From: a virus
Taxonomy: Duplodnaviria > Caudoviricetes
Direction: 5' to 3' (one strand)
Length of the DNA stretch: 64,000 nt
Virus record (IMG/VR): IMGVR_UViG_3300017909_003066
Coordinates: 32,001 to 96,000 of that record
Positions within the stretch are counted from its first letter, which is position 1, and every line of letters starts with the position of its first letter. The position numbers were made by a program, and so were the translations under genes. Shown one piece after another: positions 8,918-18,628 of this stretch. Under the pieces are notes generated by a model, which worked only from the letters and a program-made list of their open reading frames with translations, had not been told where the DNA came from and did no database searches.

Positions 8918-10021
8918 TTAATTAGAAGGACCTATAAATCCCCATGCAGACCAATTTCCGGGTGTACCACTTGCTGTGCATACCCAACCAATAGGTGCAG
9001 TATTTTTTGGATTCTCATTCCAGACTATATCACCCTTATTCCAATGTCCTTGTGTAGGTATTTTGTCTGCTACCATAAACAATCTATTTTGAAATTTAAT
9101 ATTACCTGCAACTTCTAAATCCTCTGTAGGATTTTTAACACCAACACCTAGTTTACCATATACTCTGTGTGTGTTAGATGTGTTACCTTCTTGTCCTATT
9201 GTAACATCACCTTTAAAACTTATTTTTATTCTAGATTGATCGTCTGTTACAATCCTTAAATTTTTATTATTGTAAGTGCCAAGTTTTGCATCACCATCTT
9301 CAGCATCAATAATAAAATTAGTATCATTTGCAAAGTTAACTATTGCTAAATCACCTGCAGGTTTATCTGTACCTAGTCCTAGTCTATCTAAGTTAGGATC
9401 ATAAAATAGGTGTTCAGCAACTGTTAAACGACCTGCAACATTTAGATTACGTAAAGTGCCTACTTGTTGCAAACTGCTCTTTGTAACTGTTCCGCCAAGT
9501 GTATCAAAAGACAAAACATCATTGCTGTCTATCATATATGTTTTATCTTTGTGTACATCAATAGGTTCTGTTGACCAGAATCTATCAGGATTATTTTTGT
9601 ATATAAACTGCTTACTGTATTTGCCACCGCTCCATAAAAAGCCTGTGCCTACGTTAGATTTACGTTTGTTCTTATGTGTGAATTCTATAAATTGACGCTC
9701 AGTTTTCTCGTCAGCAATTAGTTCTTTTGTTACTAAACTATCTACTTCTAAAGTACCTTTGATAAAAACATTGCCACTAATATCAGTGTTTCCTTGTATT
9801 TGCAAGTCTCCTAAAAGTGCATTTGTTTTAATCTTATCTATTATAACACACTCATCTAAAACAGTTAATACAGTGGCAGATGCTTTATCTAGTATACCTG
9901 TAGAACTAAATTCTTGCAGTGGGCCACCTTTAATCCATTCACCGTTGAACTCCCCTGCCTTGACATCTAATTGTTCAACTCTAATACCTTCTGGTTCATT
10001 ATTAAAAGTGGCTACTGGCAT
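8918..10021 (-). CDS. Virion structural/tail-fibre-associated protein
   Basis: LGLGTDKP and LGVGVKNP..LEVAGNI fibre repeats; C-terminal GDIVWN...GWVCT.SG.PG.W; start revised to MPVAT. Confidence 0.65.
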   Translation of the reverse strand: MPVATFNNEPEGIRVEQLDVKAGEFNGEWIKGGPLQEFSSTGILDKASATVLTVLDECVIIDKIKTNALLGDLQIQGNTDISGNVFIKGTLEVDSLVTKELIADEKTERQFIEFTHKNKRKSNVGTGFLWSGGKYSKQFIYKNNPDRFWSTEPIDVHKDKTYMIDSNDVLSFDTLGGTVTKSSLQQVGTLRNLNVAGRLTVAEHLFYDPNLDRLGLGTDKPAGDLAIVNFANDTNFIIDAEDGDAKLGTYNNKNLRIVTDDQSRIKISFKGDVTIGQEGNTSNTHRVYGKLGVGVKNPTEDLEVAGNIKFQNRLFMVADKIPTQGHWNKGDIVWNENPKNTAPIGWVCTASGTPGNWSAWGFIGPSN

Positions 10022-10215
10022 TAAACTAATTCCTCTATTACACCCAAGGTTTCTGCTATTAAGAAAGCAACGCCAGCCAGCATAAACCAACTGCCCCATG
10101 CTTCTAAATAATATCCACCATAAATTAACGCACCAGCACCAACCATTCTTACAGCACTTTTAACCATGCTAACAATAAAATGTCCTTTACTAGTGTCTTT
10201 TGGTTGTATATTCAT
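10021..10215 (-). CDS. Small membrane protein
   Basis: Two hydrophobic segments; AE.LG..EEL terminus. Confidence 0.65.
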   Translation of the reverse strand: MNIQPKDTSKGHFIVSMVKSAVRMVGAGALIYGGYYLEAWGSWFMLAGVAFLIAETLGVIEELV

Positions 10216-10217
10216 AT

Positions 10218-10403
10218 TTACTCCATTTTTATCAGTGGCTCAGATGAACTATGATCTGTGTAGTCACCGCTAGACGTATAATTACGTACAATTTTATCCA
10301 AAACAAGACTGCCATTTTTTACTCTGTAAGTCCACAATTCTTGTTTTACAATACCTTCGTCGTCATCATTGTTTAACGAAGATTCTAAAGGTCCGGGTTT
10401 CAT
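10218..10403 (-). CDS. Hypothetical protein
   Basis: ORF translationally coupled to clpP. Confidence 0.6.
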   Translation of the reverse strand: MKPGPLESSLNNDDDEGIVKQELWTYRVKNGSLVLDKIVRNYTSSGDYTDHSSSEPLIKME

Positions 10404-10996
10404 TAATCTCTCCTTTCATAGATAGTATCAATTAATCCGTATTCCAATGCTTCCTCTGCCGACATAAATTTATCTCTTTCCATATCACGTTCTAAATCTT
10501 CATAAGTTTTACCTTTAGAATTATGTTTTACATAAATCTCTGTAAGTTCTTTTTTGAGTTTAATAATTTCTTCTGCGTGAATGGCAATGTCAGTTGCTTG
10601 TCCTGATGCACCACCACTTGGTTGATGAATCATATGTCTAGCATGAGGTAACATGGCTCTATGTCCAGGTTCACCTGCTTGTGCAAGTAATGAACCCATT
10701 GAACATGCTTGTCCCATTACATAAGTATGAACAGGTGATTTAATGTATTGCATTGTGTCATATATCGCAAGACCTGAACTTACAACACCACCTGGTGAAT
10801 TTATATAAAAGTGAATTGGTTTATCTCTGTTAGTTGATTCTAACAGAATAAGTTGTGCAGAAACAGTATGTGCAACTGCATCGTGTACAGCACCGTTTAG
10901 AAAAACGATACGTTCTTTGAGTAGTCTACTAAAAATATCATAGGCTCTTTCACCGTCTTGTGTTTTTTCGACTACCATTGGTATTAGATTACTCAT
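10403..10996 (-). CDS. clpP: ATP-dependent Clp protease proteolytic subunit
   Basis: [24 protein letters not shown] (Ser), MIHQP (His) and RD.FM (Asp) motifs. Confidence 0.97.
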   Translation of the reverse strand: MSNLIPMVVEKTQDGERAYDIFSRLLKERIVFLNGAVHDAVAHTVSAQLILLESTNRDKPIHFYINSPGGVVSSGLAIYDTMQYIKSPVHTYVMGQACSMGSLLAQAGEPGHRAMLPHARHMIHQPSGGASGQATDIAIHAEEIIKLKKELTEIYVKHNSKGKTYEDLERDMERDKFMSAEEALEYGLIDTIYERRD

Positions 10997-12256
10997 TTAA
11001 TATACTCCTATCAGTATTGTTTCGGGGTTAATTCTGCCATTCATTTTGATTGGCGTCGTTGTTATTTTTTCAATCCAGTTTTCAAACTTTCTACGTGTGT
11101 TTAAAGTTTTTACTTCCTGTAATTGTTCTATTGGTTTACGTAAAGTCCAACATACACTTTTGTTTTCATCAAAACGTTGTAATGTTTGTCCTTTAAGTGT
11201 CAATCCACTGCCTTCTCTCATTGTGCCTGTTGGGTCTTCCGAAGAAGTATAGTAGATTCCTAACTTTCTATTTTTACTATTGAATACAACCATGCAAGTA
11301 GCACCAACAAGTTTATGTGGTTGTATACTTGATATTGCATATTTTTCATCTGTAAGTTTATATTTTAATTTTTCAACTATTTTTTCAGGCGACTTAGAAC
11401 TTACCCTACGTGGTTTCCTATTCGCCTTAGATTCAGCAATTATGGCATCACAAGCATTTTGTATTGTGTGCATAAACAATAAAAGTTTTTTAATTTGTTT
11501 TTTATCTGCAAAAGAATATGCTTCTTGTAGTTGTTTTGCATAGTCTTTTTCCTGCTCCGTCATGTTAGAAGTATCAGGCGGATTTAAAAATTCTTCATAC
11601 TCAGCAATATTATCATCATACCAAGTTTTTATTAGTCTAGCATGTGGTTGTTTCGCTTGTCTTTGTCTTAATACAGATAAGGGTTTGATATGTTTAAAGT
11701 CTGTAATTTTGCCTTCGTAATAGTCATCAATTGATTGTTCTATTTCTTCAGTCATTAAAACACACTGTTCTCTAATGCGTTCTTGTATGCTAGGACGATA
11801 AAATACCTTCTTTTCTTTTTCTTCTTTTTTCTTTACTTCTTCAACTACTTTATGTCCATGATCGTTAAGTTCGTTAATCCATTTTTCAATGTATTCACTA
11901 ACTGGTCTTGGCGTGCCTGTAGTGCCAGGTAATGAATGCCAATACTCAACATACTTTTGATGTACATCTGGCATACCGCTTTTTAATCCCATTATACTTG
12001 CGGCACATGTACTACTAAATCTCCAATCAGGACATTTTGCTATGTTTCCATACATACTTTTGAACTGATCTGTTTCTTTAACATAATCACATATAATTTT
12101 TTTATAGTCCGAACTTTTCTTATTCATGCGATAATATTCATATAACGCATCTTTGGCTCTGCTAAAATGTTGTCCGTCCCAAGTGTGTGCATCAGTAAAG
12201 TCTGGTGCTTTCTCTTTTTTTGGAACTGCTCGTACTATCCGTTTACGTTTTGCCAT
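10997..12256 (-). CDS. Phage hypothetical protein (419 aa)
   Basis: Long ORF with GGAG RBS and upstream sigma70-like promoter; no motif recognised. Confidence 0.75.
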   Translation of the reverse strand: MAKRKRIVRAVPKKEKAPDFTDAHTWDGQHFSRAKDALYEYYRMNKKSSDYKKIICDYVKETDQFKSMYGNIAKCPDWRFSSTCAASIMGLKSGMPDVHQKYVEYWHSLPGTTGTPRPVSEYIEKWINELNDHGHKVVEEVKKKEEKEKKVFYRPSIQERIREQCVLMTEEIEQSIDDYYEGKITDFKHIKPLSVLRQRQAKQPHARLIKTWYDDNIAEYEEFLNPPDTSNMTEQEKDYAKQLQEAYSFADKKQIKKLLLFMHTIQNACDAIIAESKANRKPRRVSSKSPEKIVEKLKYKLTDEKYAISSIQPHKLVGATCMVVFNSKNRKLGIYYTSSEDPTGTMREGSGLTLKGQTLQRFDENKSVCWTLRKPIEQLQEVKTLNTRRKFENWIEKITTTPIKMNGRINPETILIGVY

Positions 12257-12329
12257 TAATCACTCCGATAAAGTATTTTTAAATTATAATTAGTCTTTCA
12301 ATAAAAAGCAAGAGAATTATTCTTGAAAT

Positions 12330-12746
12330 CTATTCAAAAGTGCGAACGTCAAACGATAACAATGTTTTAGGATATACACAAGGATCTGCCCAGTGTTCTA
12401 TATTACTATCAAAAAGCAATAAGTCACCGGTATGCATTGAAAATTCTTCTCCTGTGTCAAAATGTAACTTACCTTCTCCCATTCCAAACATTACTAATAC
12501 TCCACTAATGTTTGAATATTCGTGTATGTGCTTATTTTGCCAACCACCTTTGTTATAACTTATTATCCAACTTCTGCTAAATTTCCACTTTTCTTTTATA
12601 TTTTTATCAATTATAGATGATATCTCTTTATTAAGTGGTTCGAAGCCTGGCCATTCTATTGGTTTTTCTAACTTTGGTTGATATCCATTTACAGTTTTAC
12701 TGTCAGCAAGTTTGCCTATTCGGTTATGCTTAAAAAACTCAGTCAT
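12330..12746 (-). CDS. 2OG-Fe(II) oxygenase-like protein
   Basis: W..SY..G...KHIH, GDLLLF.S...H motifs; start placed downstream of the tRNA. Confidence 0.7.
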   Translation of the reverse strand: MTEFFKHNRIGKLADSKTVNGYQPKLEKPIEWPGFEPLNKEISSIIDKNIKEKWKFSRSWIISYNKGGWQNKHIHEYSNISGVLVMFGMGEGKLHFDTGEEFSMHTGDLLLFDSNIEHWADPCVYPKTLLSFDVRTFE

Positions 12747-12813
12747 ACCTAATAGACCCATAAACAGAAAAGGATCAATTTGAAATTTACGAATCATATT
12801 CTTACTTATGTTA

Positions 12814-12888
12814 TGGAGCGGCATATCGGAATCGAACCGATATCTTCAGGTTGGAAGCCTAACATAATAGCCTTTATACTAATGCCGC
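12814..12888 (-). tRNA. tRNA-Gly(UCC)
   Basis: GCGGCAT acceptor, anticodon loop CTTCCAA, GGTTCGATTCC T-arm, encoded CCA. Confidence 0.93.
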
Positions 12889-12890
12889 AA

Positions 12891-13130
12891 TTAAACTTCG
12901 AAATAAAATTTATTGCCCCATTGCTTACGAATCTTATTTAAATTATATTCGCTTAGGCCAATTACTTTTTGTAGATTGTTGTAGTCAACACGCATTTCGT
13001 ATTTTACCCAAGTCCAAAACTGTGCTTCGTCTTTATCTGTAGTTCCTAATCTGCGACTAATTTTATATCTTTTAGTTACATTTAAAGGAATTTCTAATCC
13101 GCCATTGTTTGTTTGAATACGTGCTTTCAT
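12891..13130 (-). CDS. Hypothetical protein
   Basis: Start MKARIQ with TAAATA-N5-ATG. Confidence 0.65.
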   Translation of the reverse strand: MKARIQTNNGGLEIPLNVTKRYKISRRLGTTDKDEAQFWTWVKYEMRVDYNNLQKVIGLSEYNLNKIRKQWGNKFYFEV

Positions 13131-13141
13131 AATGTTATTTA

Positions 13142-13504
13142 TTAGGTTTCGTTTCTGCTTACGTACGGCTTCAATGAACGACCCATAACAAATATACATG
13201 CAACATCATCGCCGTTAGTAGGTGTTACTACAATAGAAAATGAACCTGATTTAGGATTGTAATAAAAATGCATTGGTCCTTCAAGCATTTGTCCATTAGG
13301 AATACGCCATGCAACTATACCTTCCATAAAAGGTATTTCTTCATAGCGATCAGTAATTTCTGCAATAGAGTCTTTCTTACCACAATCAACTAAGATAGGT
13401 AGATTTACTATTGGTGTCTCGACTTCGTGTTCTTGAGCAAGTGATTTTATTGGAATAAAACAGGCCCAGAAAACTAGTCCTAGTATAAGGGCCAATTTTG
13501 TCAT
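13142..13504 (-). CDS. Secreted/periplasmic hypothetical protein
   Basis: Signal peptide MTKLALILGL...SLA; TATAAATA-N5-ATG. Confidence 0.65.
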   Translation of the reverse strand: MTKLALILGLVFWACFIPIKSLAQEHEVETPIVNLPILVDCGKKDSIAEITDRYEEIPFMEGIVAWRIPNGQMLEGPMHFYYNPKSGSFSIVVTPTNGDDVACIFVMGRSLKPYVSRNET

Positions 13505-13523
13505 ATTAATATTTATACCTAGA

Positions 13524-13760
13524 TTACTTGGTAATATTTTTTTCGTTAACAGATTTTTTGTAAACACTGAACGCCTCCGTATCTGAAACTTTACGAAGTA
13601 TTCCGTATTCATTTACTCGAAAAATATCTCCGGGTTTGTACAGAAAACTGTCTTTTTTGGTACCATCCTTGCTAATACCCATAACTTCACCAGGCCAATC
13701 TCCTTTGACAGAAAAACTGCCATCAGGAAAACTTTCGATTGTATAATCTATCCATAACAT
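13524..13760 (-). CDS. Hypothetical protein
   Basis: ORF with AGGGG RBS. Confidence 0.6.
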   Translation of the reverse strand: MLWIDYTIESFPDGSFSVKGDWPGEVMGISKDGTKKDSFLYKPGDIFRVNEYGILRKVSDTEAFSVYKKSVNEKNITK

Positions 13761-13772
13761 TCATAGTACCCC

Positions 13773-13946
13773 TTATAATCCTATCAAACGCCAACCGTGA
13801 TTTGCTATTGCGTTTAAGATAATAGCAATGCAAGTAAGAATGTGCAACACCACCCACCCAGAACGAATAATTGCCACTCTGTCAGAACGATTGTTATCTT
13901 CTTCATAGGCTTTGGCTCCGATTGCTTTGCACCAAATTTCCCACAC
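13773..13946 (-). CDS. Small membrane protein
   Basis: Manual translation MWEIWCKAIGAKAYEEDNNRSDRVAIIRSGWVVLHILTCIAIILNAIANHGWRLIGL (GTG start). Confidence 0.6.
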   Translation of the reverse strand: MWEIWCKAIGAKAYEEDNNRSDRVAIIRSGWVVLHILTCIAIILNAIANHGWRLIGL

Positions 13947-13948
13947 AA

Positions 13949-14113
13949 TTATACCGTTTCATTTTTTACTTCATTAACCATACCGTATACTTCGATAAGG
14001 TTTTTAATTTGCTCTGCAAGATGTGGCCACTTATATGTAAGTGTTTCCGCAAAGTCATTACGTTGCTGAACATTCATTCTAGCAAATGTTTCTACTAGTT
14101 CGTTAATATCCAT
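13949..14113 (-). CDS. Small hypothetical protein
   Basis: Manual translation MDINELVETFARMN...; GAGGAG RBS. Confidence 0.6.
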   Translation of the reverse strand: MDINELVETFARMNVQQRNDFAETLTYKWPHLAEQIKNLIEVYGMVNEVKNETV

Positions 14114-14125
14114 TTTATTTCTCCT

Positions 14126-14239
14126 CTAAGAAACTTTTACTGCAATATAAATGCATAAGAAAAGAATTACTAACTTACCCCAATCTAAATCGAAGTCAGT
14201 ACCTTCTCCAAACTTTCTTTTGAATTCACTTATCTTCAT
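14126..14239 (-). CDS. 37-aa membrane peptide
   Basis: MKISEFKRKFGEGTDFDLDWGKLVILFLCIYIAVKVS; AAGGAG RBS after an early promoter. Confidence 0.55.
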   Translation of the reverse strand: MKISEFKRKFGEGTDFDLDWGKLVILFLCIYIAVKVS

Positions 14240-14264
14240 TTGATTCTCCTTACTATAAAATTAT

Positions 14265-14293
14265 ACTATACACGGGTAATTGATATTTGTCAA
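14265..14293 (-). promoter_or_regulatory. Sigma70-type early promoter
   Basis: TTGACA-N17-TATAGT. Confidence 0.7.
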
Positions 14294-14296
14294 CCA

Positions 14297-14566
14297 CTAA
14301 ATGCTTGAGGAATCTTTATTATACCCTAAAGTAAAAATTTGTTTCACAGTTTTTTCTTCAACACAACTAATCATACTTGGTCGATCTTTAGTGCCAAACT
14401 CCTGTATAATTTTACGTGAAATACTTGTCATGTTCTGTTTTGCAAATTGTTTGCACTCTGCCTGTGTATTAAAAGTATTATCAAACACAAAAAAGTCTCG
14501 TCCGCCATCTGCATGTATTAAAGTCATAATAGCAACTATAAAAAATTTCATTAGTTTGCCTTCCAC
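14297..14566 (-). CDS. Secreted hypothetical protein
   Basis: Signal-like N-terminus; F.T...C...C pattern. Confidence 0.55.
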   Translation of the reverse strand: MEGKLMKFFIVAIMTLIHADGGRDFFVFDNTFNTQAECKQFAKQNMTSISRKIIQEFGTKDRPSMISCVEEKTVKQIFTLGYNKDSSSI

Positions 14567-14808
14567 CTATAAACCTCTTCAGTACAGAAGTTTCTTAAGA
14601 ACATACAGGTATTTTCTTTTTTACATACTCTTTCGTGTTTACTGTTTTCCCAACAATCACTAGAAAACCCTCTCATCGCTACATACTTCGACCAACCACT
14701 ATCAATTGAAAGTATTGCTATAGAGGGCAAAACAAAAAATATAAAAATTATCCATAAAAACGCAGGTGCAAAACCTTTGTTATGATATGGCTCGTTAAAA
14801 TCACTCAT
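14551..14808 (-). CDS. Membrane protein with Cys-rich C-terminus
   Basis: TM helix; CWEN..HERVC...C...NFC. Confidence 0.6.
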   Translation of the reverse strand: MSDFNEPYHNKGFAPAFLWIIFIFFVLPSIAILSIDSGWSKYVAMRGFSSDCWENSKHERVCKKENTCMFLRNFCTEEVYRWKAN

Positions 14809-15184
14809 TAAATTTATCTCCTTTCATAAAACCGCCTGCCCTAATTTCTTGTATATATCCTTCTAATTCTTTTGCATCTGGATGATCTGCATAGACGCCA
14901 CCTAATTCAAAATCACGTTCGTCAAGTATAGGACCTCTACTGTCAATATCACGTAAAAACATAGTGTATTGATCAAGTAGAGAATCCTTAACAAAATCTT
15001 CTAGTTTAAACTCAGGTTTGACTTCTTCAATTTCAATATCAAATGCATCAACTGCCGGCATATGAACATCACACCACATCATAGGTACTCCGTCATCGCC
15101 GTAGTAACATTCAACTATTTCGTACCAATAAGTATCAGGACTTTCTTTTTGATACCTACGCATAATTCTGAAATTCCAAGTCAT
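14801..15184 (-). CDS. Hypothetical protein
   Basis: TWNFRIM...Y.I.E.YY phage-type N-terminus. Confidence 0.65.
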   Translation of the reverse strand: MTWNFRIMRRYQKESPDTYWYEIVECYYGDDGVPMMWCDVHMPAVDAFDIEIEEVKPEFKLEDFVKDSLLDQYTMFLRDIDSRGPILDERDFELGGVYADHPDAKELEGYIQEIRAGGFMKGDKFNE

Positions 15185-15193
15185 AATTTTTCC

Positions 15194-15433
15194 CTAATTA
15201 ATAACTATAAAAGGCTCTAATGGCTTTTCATCTTGATCAGGATGCCAGTGAGTAACATCGCCAGTTAACCATCCATAATCACAATAAAAGATACTCATAC
15301 CAGGCCACTCATTGCCTTCATCATCAACATATAAGCCTCCATAAAAGCCCCTATGGATACCTACCACATCAAAGTAATACCAACACGGTTCTCCTACAGT
15401 AGGAAGTTTTTCATTTACATTAATCCAACTCAT
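15194..15433 (-). CDS. DUF551-like protein
   Basis: WI.V.E.LP ... VTHW motif. Confidence 0.7.
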   Translation of the reverse strand: MSWINVNEKLPTVGEPCWYYFDVVGIHRGFYGGLYVDDEGNEWPGMSIFYCDYGWLTGDVTHWHPDQDEKPLEPFIVIN

Positions 15434-15454
15434 TTATTTTTCCTTTCAAAAGAT

Positions 15455-15538
15455 TGGTGCGACCACCCGGACTCGAACCGGGACGCCATAAGCGACAGAT
15501 TTTAAGTCTGTTGTGTCTACCTATTCCACCATGGTCGC
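15455..15538 (-). tRNA. tRNA-Leu(UAA)
   Basis: GCGACCA acceptor, ACAGA-CTTAAAA-TCTGT anticodon arm, long V-arm, CCA. Confidence 0.95.
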
Positions 15539-15586
15539 TAATAATCTATTCCTTGTTCAAGTTTGTTGGATTGTACTAATTTTATT

Positions 15587-15680
15587 TGGTAGGGGAGGCG
15601 GGATTCGAACCCACATCGCTCTCTAATCTGGAGACTTTGCCGAGTATAAGCCGGGTGTTTTACCATTAAACTACTCCCCC
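15587..15680 (-). tRNA. tRNA-Ile(UAU) with long variable arm
   Basis: GGGGGAG/CTCCCCT acceptor, loop CTTATAC, extra TCTC-CAGATTA-GAGA arm, GGTTCGAATCC, ACCA. Confidence 0.8.
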
Positions 15681-15785
15681 CTTATCTACTCTATCTCAGA
15701 TATGTTTTCTATGTCTTTAAATTTTACAACAAAGGATTTGTTGCTCATTTCAATTATCCTCTTGTGGATGTCTAACTATGTGTTT

Positions 15786-15814
15786 AATATACTATAGGAA
15801 GGATAGTATGTCAA
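15786..15814 (-). promoter_or_regulatory. Sigma70-type early promoter for the tRNA cluster
   Basis: TTGACA-N17-TATATT. Confidence 0.65.
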
Positions 15815-16512
15815 GCACTTTGTAGGTAAGAATATACCTTTTTGAGTAATTTTTTTATCACAGGATGTTTAGTATCAAAACCCCACATAGCCATATAACC
15901 TAAAAGATTAGGAGACAACAAATATCCTAGTTCGTCTTTAAGTCCTGCTGATGAACTAACATTCCTTAACAAGTCTATCGCTTTATCTTTTCCAACGGCT
16001 CTGTCTAATTCAGTAGAAATATTTTTTGCAAATGCTTCAATCTCATCATCGTTACCTAAGTATTTTTTTGCTCTTATCATATCAGGTTCTTTTGCTTTTG
16101 TCTTATAATCACGTTGACGAACAAAGTTACGTGAACGATACTGTTGCATGTGAATAATTTCATGTTCTAGTGCATCTACTATTCTGTTCTTAATGTTTTC
16201 AACACCTTCGGGAGAAAATACAATAGTTTTATCTTTTTTGCTAAAGATTAATTCCAAGTAAAAAGGTTCTAATCCTTCTTCGTCATCTACAGGATCATAT
16301 GCCGCATTCATGTTCATATCTCCTGGTTCTACATTTTTACTTGTTTGTATACCTACTTCTGCTACACCAAATTGTGCTAAAGTATTTTGTAACATTTTAG
16401 CAATATCTTTTCTAGTTTTAGGATCACCACTATTAATAAAGTTAATAAAAGGGTCTAGTGCCGCTTCTATTTCCTTTCTATTAGCAGGTTGTGTGATTTC
16501 CTCTAAACGCAT
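15811..16512 (-). CDS. HEXXH putative metalloprotein/protease, possible internal head protein
   Basis: EHEIIHMQQ plus downstream Y....EIEAFA; MRLEEI N-terminus; TAAATA-N5-ATG. Confidence 0.6.
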   Translation of the reverse strand: MRLEEITQPANRKEIEAALDPFINFINSGDPKTRKDIAKMLQNTLAQFGVAEVGIQTSKNVEPGDMNMNAAYDPVDDEEGLEPFYLELIFSKKDKTIVFSPEGVENIKNRIVDALEHEIIHMQQYRSRNFVRQRDYKTKAKEPDMIRAKKYLGNDDEIEAFAKNISTELDRAVGKDKAIDLLRNVSSSAGLKDELGYLLSPNLLGYMAMWGFDTKHPVIKKLLKKVYSYLQSA

Positions 16513-16520
16513 AATACTAT

Positions 16521-17009
16521 TTAATTGATTTTGTATTCAAAGTTTTGAGTGTCTTCGCTTACTTTAATCTGTTTAGCGCCGTTTTTGATATGAAAATGTG
16601 TTGCCATTGGAGTCAATGGTGATAGTGTAACTAATCTTTGGAAGTTATTTTGTTTTGCCCATTCGCCTAACTTTTGTATTATCTCTCTACCTGCACCACG
16701 TTTACGTGACCATACTGTATATGCAACTACTATTTCGCCACGTTGTCCATCTTGATTAGCCGCCTGTGACATATAGTCCATTTCTCTTACAGTGTAAGGA
16801 ACTTCAGGGCATAGTGCAACACAAACGATTGCTTCTATTTCATCGTTGTATTTTAATCCGAATATCTTTCGTCCGTGTGTTATTCTAAAACCTAATGTAA
16901 GTTCCGGTCTAACAGGATCCTCGCTTACATCAATATCATCTAGTTCAACAAGTTCTGTCCCTTTGACCCACTTGAAGAAATCATTTATATTGTCTTTAAA
17001 TTTCTGCAT
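16521..17009 (-). CDS. GNAT-fold-like hypothetical protein
   Basis: YTVWS..RGAG..II and A..FH..NG acetyl-CoA-binding-like motifs. Confidence 0.5.
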   Translation of the reverse strand: MQKFKDNINDFFKWVKGTELVELDDIDVSEDPVRPELTLGFRITHGRKIFGLKYNDEIEAIVCVALCPEVPYTVREMDYMSQAANQDGQRGEIVVAYTVWSRKRGAGREIIQKLGEWAKQNNFQRLVTLSPLTPMATHFHIKNGAKQIKVSEDTQNFEYKIN

Positions 17010-17190
17010 CTTTTTTCTTTATACTCCATGCACCGTGATCTAATTCTTCCCAAATAAGTGTGTCACCTTCGTCCCAACCAACTTGATCTAAACTGCCTTG
17101 TGGAAATTCAATATACAGTTCTTTAGTTTTACTGTTCTCTTTTACTTCCACTACCCAACTGTTCGGTCCGGTTTGCCGAGGATTCTTCAT
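16996..17190 (-). CDS. AbrB/MazE-like DNA-binding protein
   Basis: LYIEFP...L..VGW.EGD.L.W swapped-hairpin pattern. Confidence 0.7.
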   Translation of the reverse strand: MKNPRQTGPNSWVVEVKENSKTKELYIEFPQGSLDQVGWDEGDTLIWEELDHGAWSIKKKDAEI

Positions 17191-17201
17191 TTTAAAACTC
17201 C

Positions 17202-17765
17202 TTATAAAAGTTGATCAGCAATGCCCATGTCTATCATTTGTTTTGCTGTATAATATTGATCTGAAGGATTTTTGATAAACTTGTTTCTTACTTCCTGCAT
17301 AGACATACCAGTTGCCTCCTTCAATATATTTAAGCAACGCAATTCGCAGTTTTGATTTTCTTTCATTTGTGCCCTCATGTCATGCATTTTAGATTCCATG
17401 CTGTCACTATGTTGATGATTCATTATACCTGTGTTCTTACCAATGTATCTGTAACCTTGAGAACCACTTGCAAAAATTAAAAAACCTGCACTCATAATAG
17501 CACCAACACCTACCGTGCTTATATGATGATAACTTGTTTTCATTACATCAATTAGTGCAAACATCTCATACAAATCACCTCCTGGTGTGTTGAGATATAA
17601 TTCTAAAACTCTTTTTGGTTTCTTTACTAGGTTTGCACTTAATATCCATTTGATTGCTTCACTTACATTTTCATTTGTAAGTTCGCCATGAAGATAATGT
17701 ATATCGGCATCTAATAATGCTCTATCTATTGCATCGCTGGCTGTCCAATTTTCGTATTTAGGCAT
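17202..17765 (-). CDS. Second, divergent ClpP-family protease
   Basis: YLNTPGG, IMSAG (Ser), MNHQ (His) and DQYYTA motifs. Confidence 0.88.
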   Translation of the reverse strand: MPKYENWTASDAIDRALLDADIHYLHGELTNENVSEAIKWILSANLVKKPKRVLELYLNTPGGDLYEMFALIDVMKTSYHHISTVGVGAIMSAGFLIFASGSQGYRYIGKNTGIMNHQHSDSMESKMHDMRAQMKENQNCELRCLNILKEATGMSMQEVRNKFIKNPSDQYYTAKQMIDMGIADQLL

Positions 17766-17935
17766 AATTATAATATACGTATATTTAGTGTAAATGTCAA
17801 CCTTTTAATACTCCAAGCACGGCCCCCATCCCGCCTGCTTGATGAATCGCCTCATTGATCACGGAGTACCTACCTAACTACGCTCACGGAAATGCGATTC
17901 TTTCCTTTTTGCAGTACTTTTTAGCACTGCGATTT

Positions 17936-18012
<77 letters not shown>

Positions 18013-18231
18013 TTAGTAATATCTTACTCTGCTCCCTGCACCTTCAACTTCGTCCAAACCTGTCTCATCTTTGGACAGATAGCGATAGCCGTTGTAATTC
18101 TCAGTTTCCATTAGCACTGCTTCAATTAAAGACATCATTGCTTCGCGACCATCAGCACTTGAATTGGGGTGTGCAAGATACGAATTAACGTACTTTTTCA
18201 CTGTATCTACTGCGATTGTTTTGCGAGACAT
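18013..18231 (-). CDS. Hypothetical early protein
   Basis: GAGGAG RBS and early promoter upstream. Confidence 0.65.
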   Translation of the reverse strand: MSRKTIAVDTVKKYVNSYLAHPNSSADGREAMMSLIEAVLMETENYNGYRYLSKDETGLDEVEGAGSRVRYY

Positions 18232-18266
18232 TTGTCTCTCCTCTTGCTGTGTCTAACTATGCTTAT

Positions 18267-18295
18267 AATATAACACCTACTGTATATACTGTCAA
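18267..18295 (-). promoter_or_regulatory. Sigma70-type early promoter
   Basis: TTGACA-N17-TATATT. Confidence 0.7.
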
Positions 18296-18346
18296 GTATT
18301 AATTTGTTATTTTGGTAAATAATTACATAGCGAGGATGTGTACAGA

Positions 18347-18625
18347 ATGGACTTTTTAACATTTGTGGGCGAGGTCGGTTTTCCGATAGCAGGAGCCGTG
18401 GCCGCAGGTGCGTTTGTTTTTATAACCTTGAAATTCATACTTGCATCAGTAACAGGATCAGTACAAGGATTGAAAGGTATTATTCAGGCACTTGATAATA
18501 GGGTACAAACGATGAACAACGATTTAGTAAAGATCGATGCTTTACTATCTTACGTCTTAAGTGTAAGGCCAAACGTTGATCGTATTGCCGCCAATGAAGG
18601 AAAAGAGGACGCAAGACGTGATTAA
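18347..18625 (+). CDS. Membrane protein (GFPI..A TM + coiled coil), paralog 1
   Basis: VGFPIAGA TM; LDNRV..MNND; TAAATA and GAGGA upstream. Confidence 0.7.
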   Translation: MDFLTFVGEVGFPIAGAVAAGAFVFITLKFILASVTGSVQGLKGIIQALDNRVQTMNNDLVKIDALLSYVLSVRPNVDRIAANEGKEDARRD

Positions 18626-18628
18626 AAA

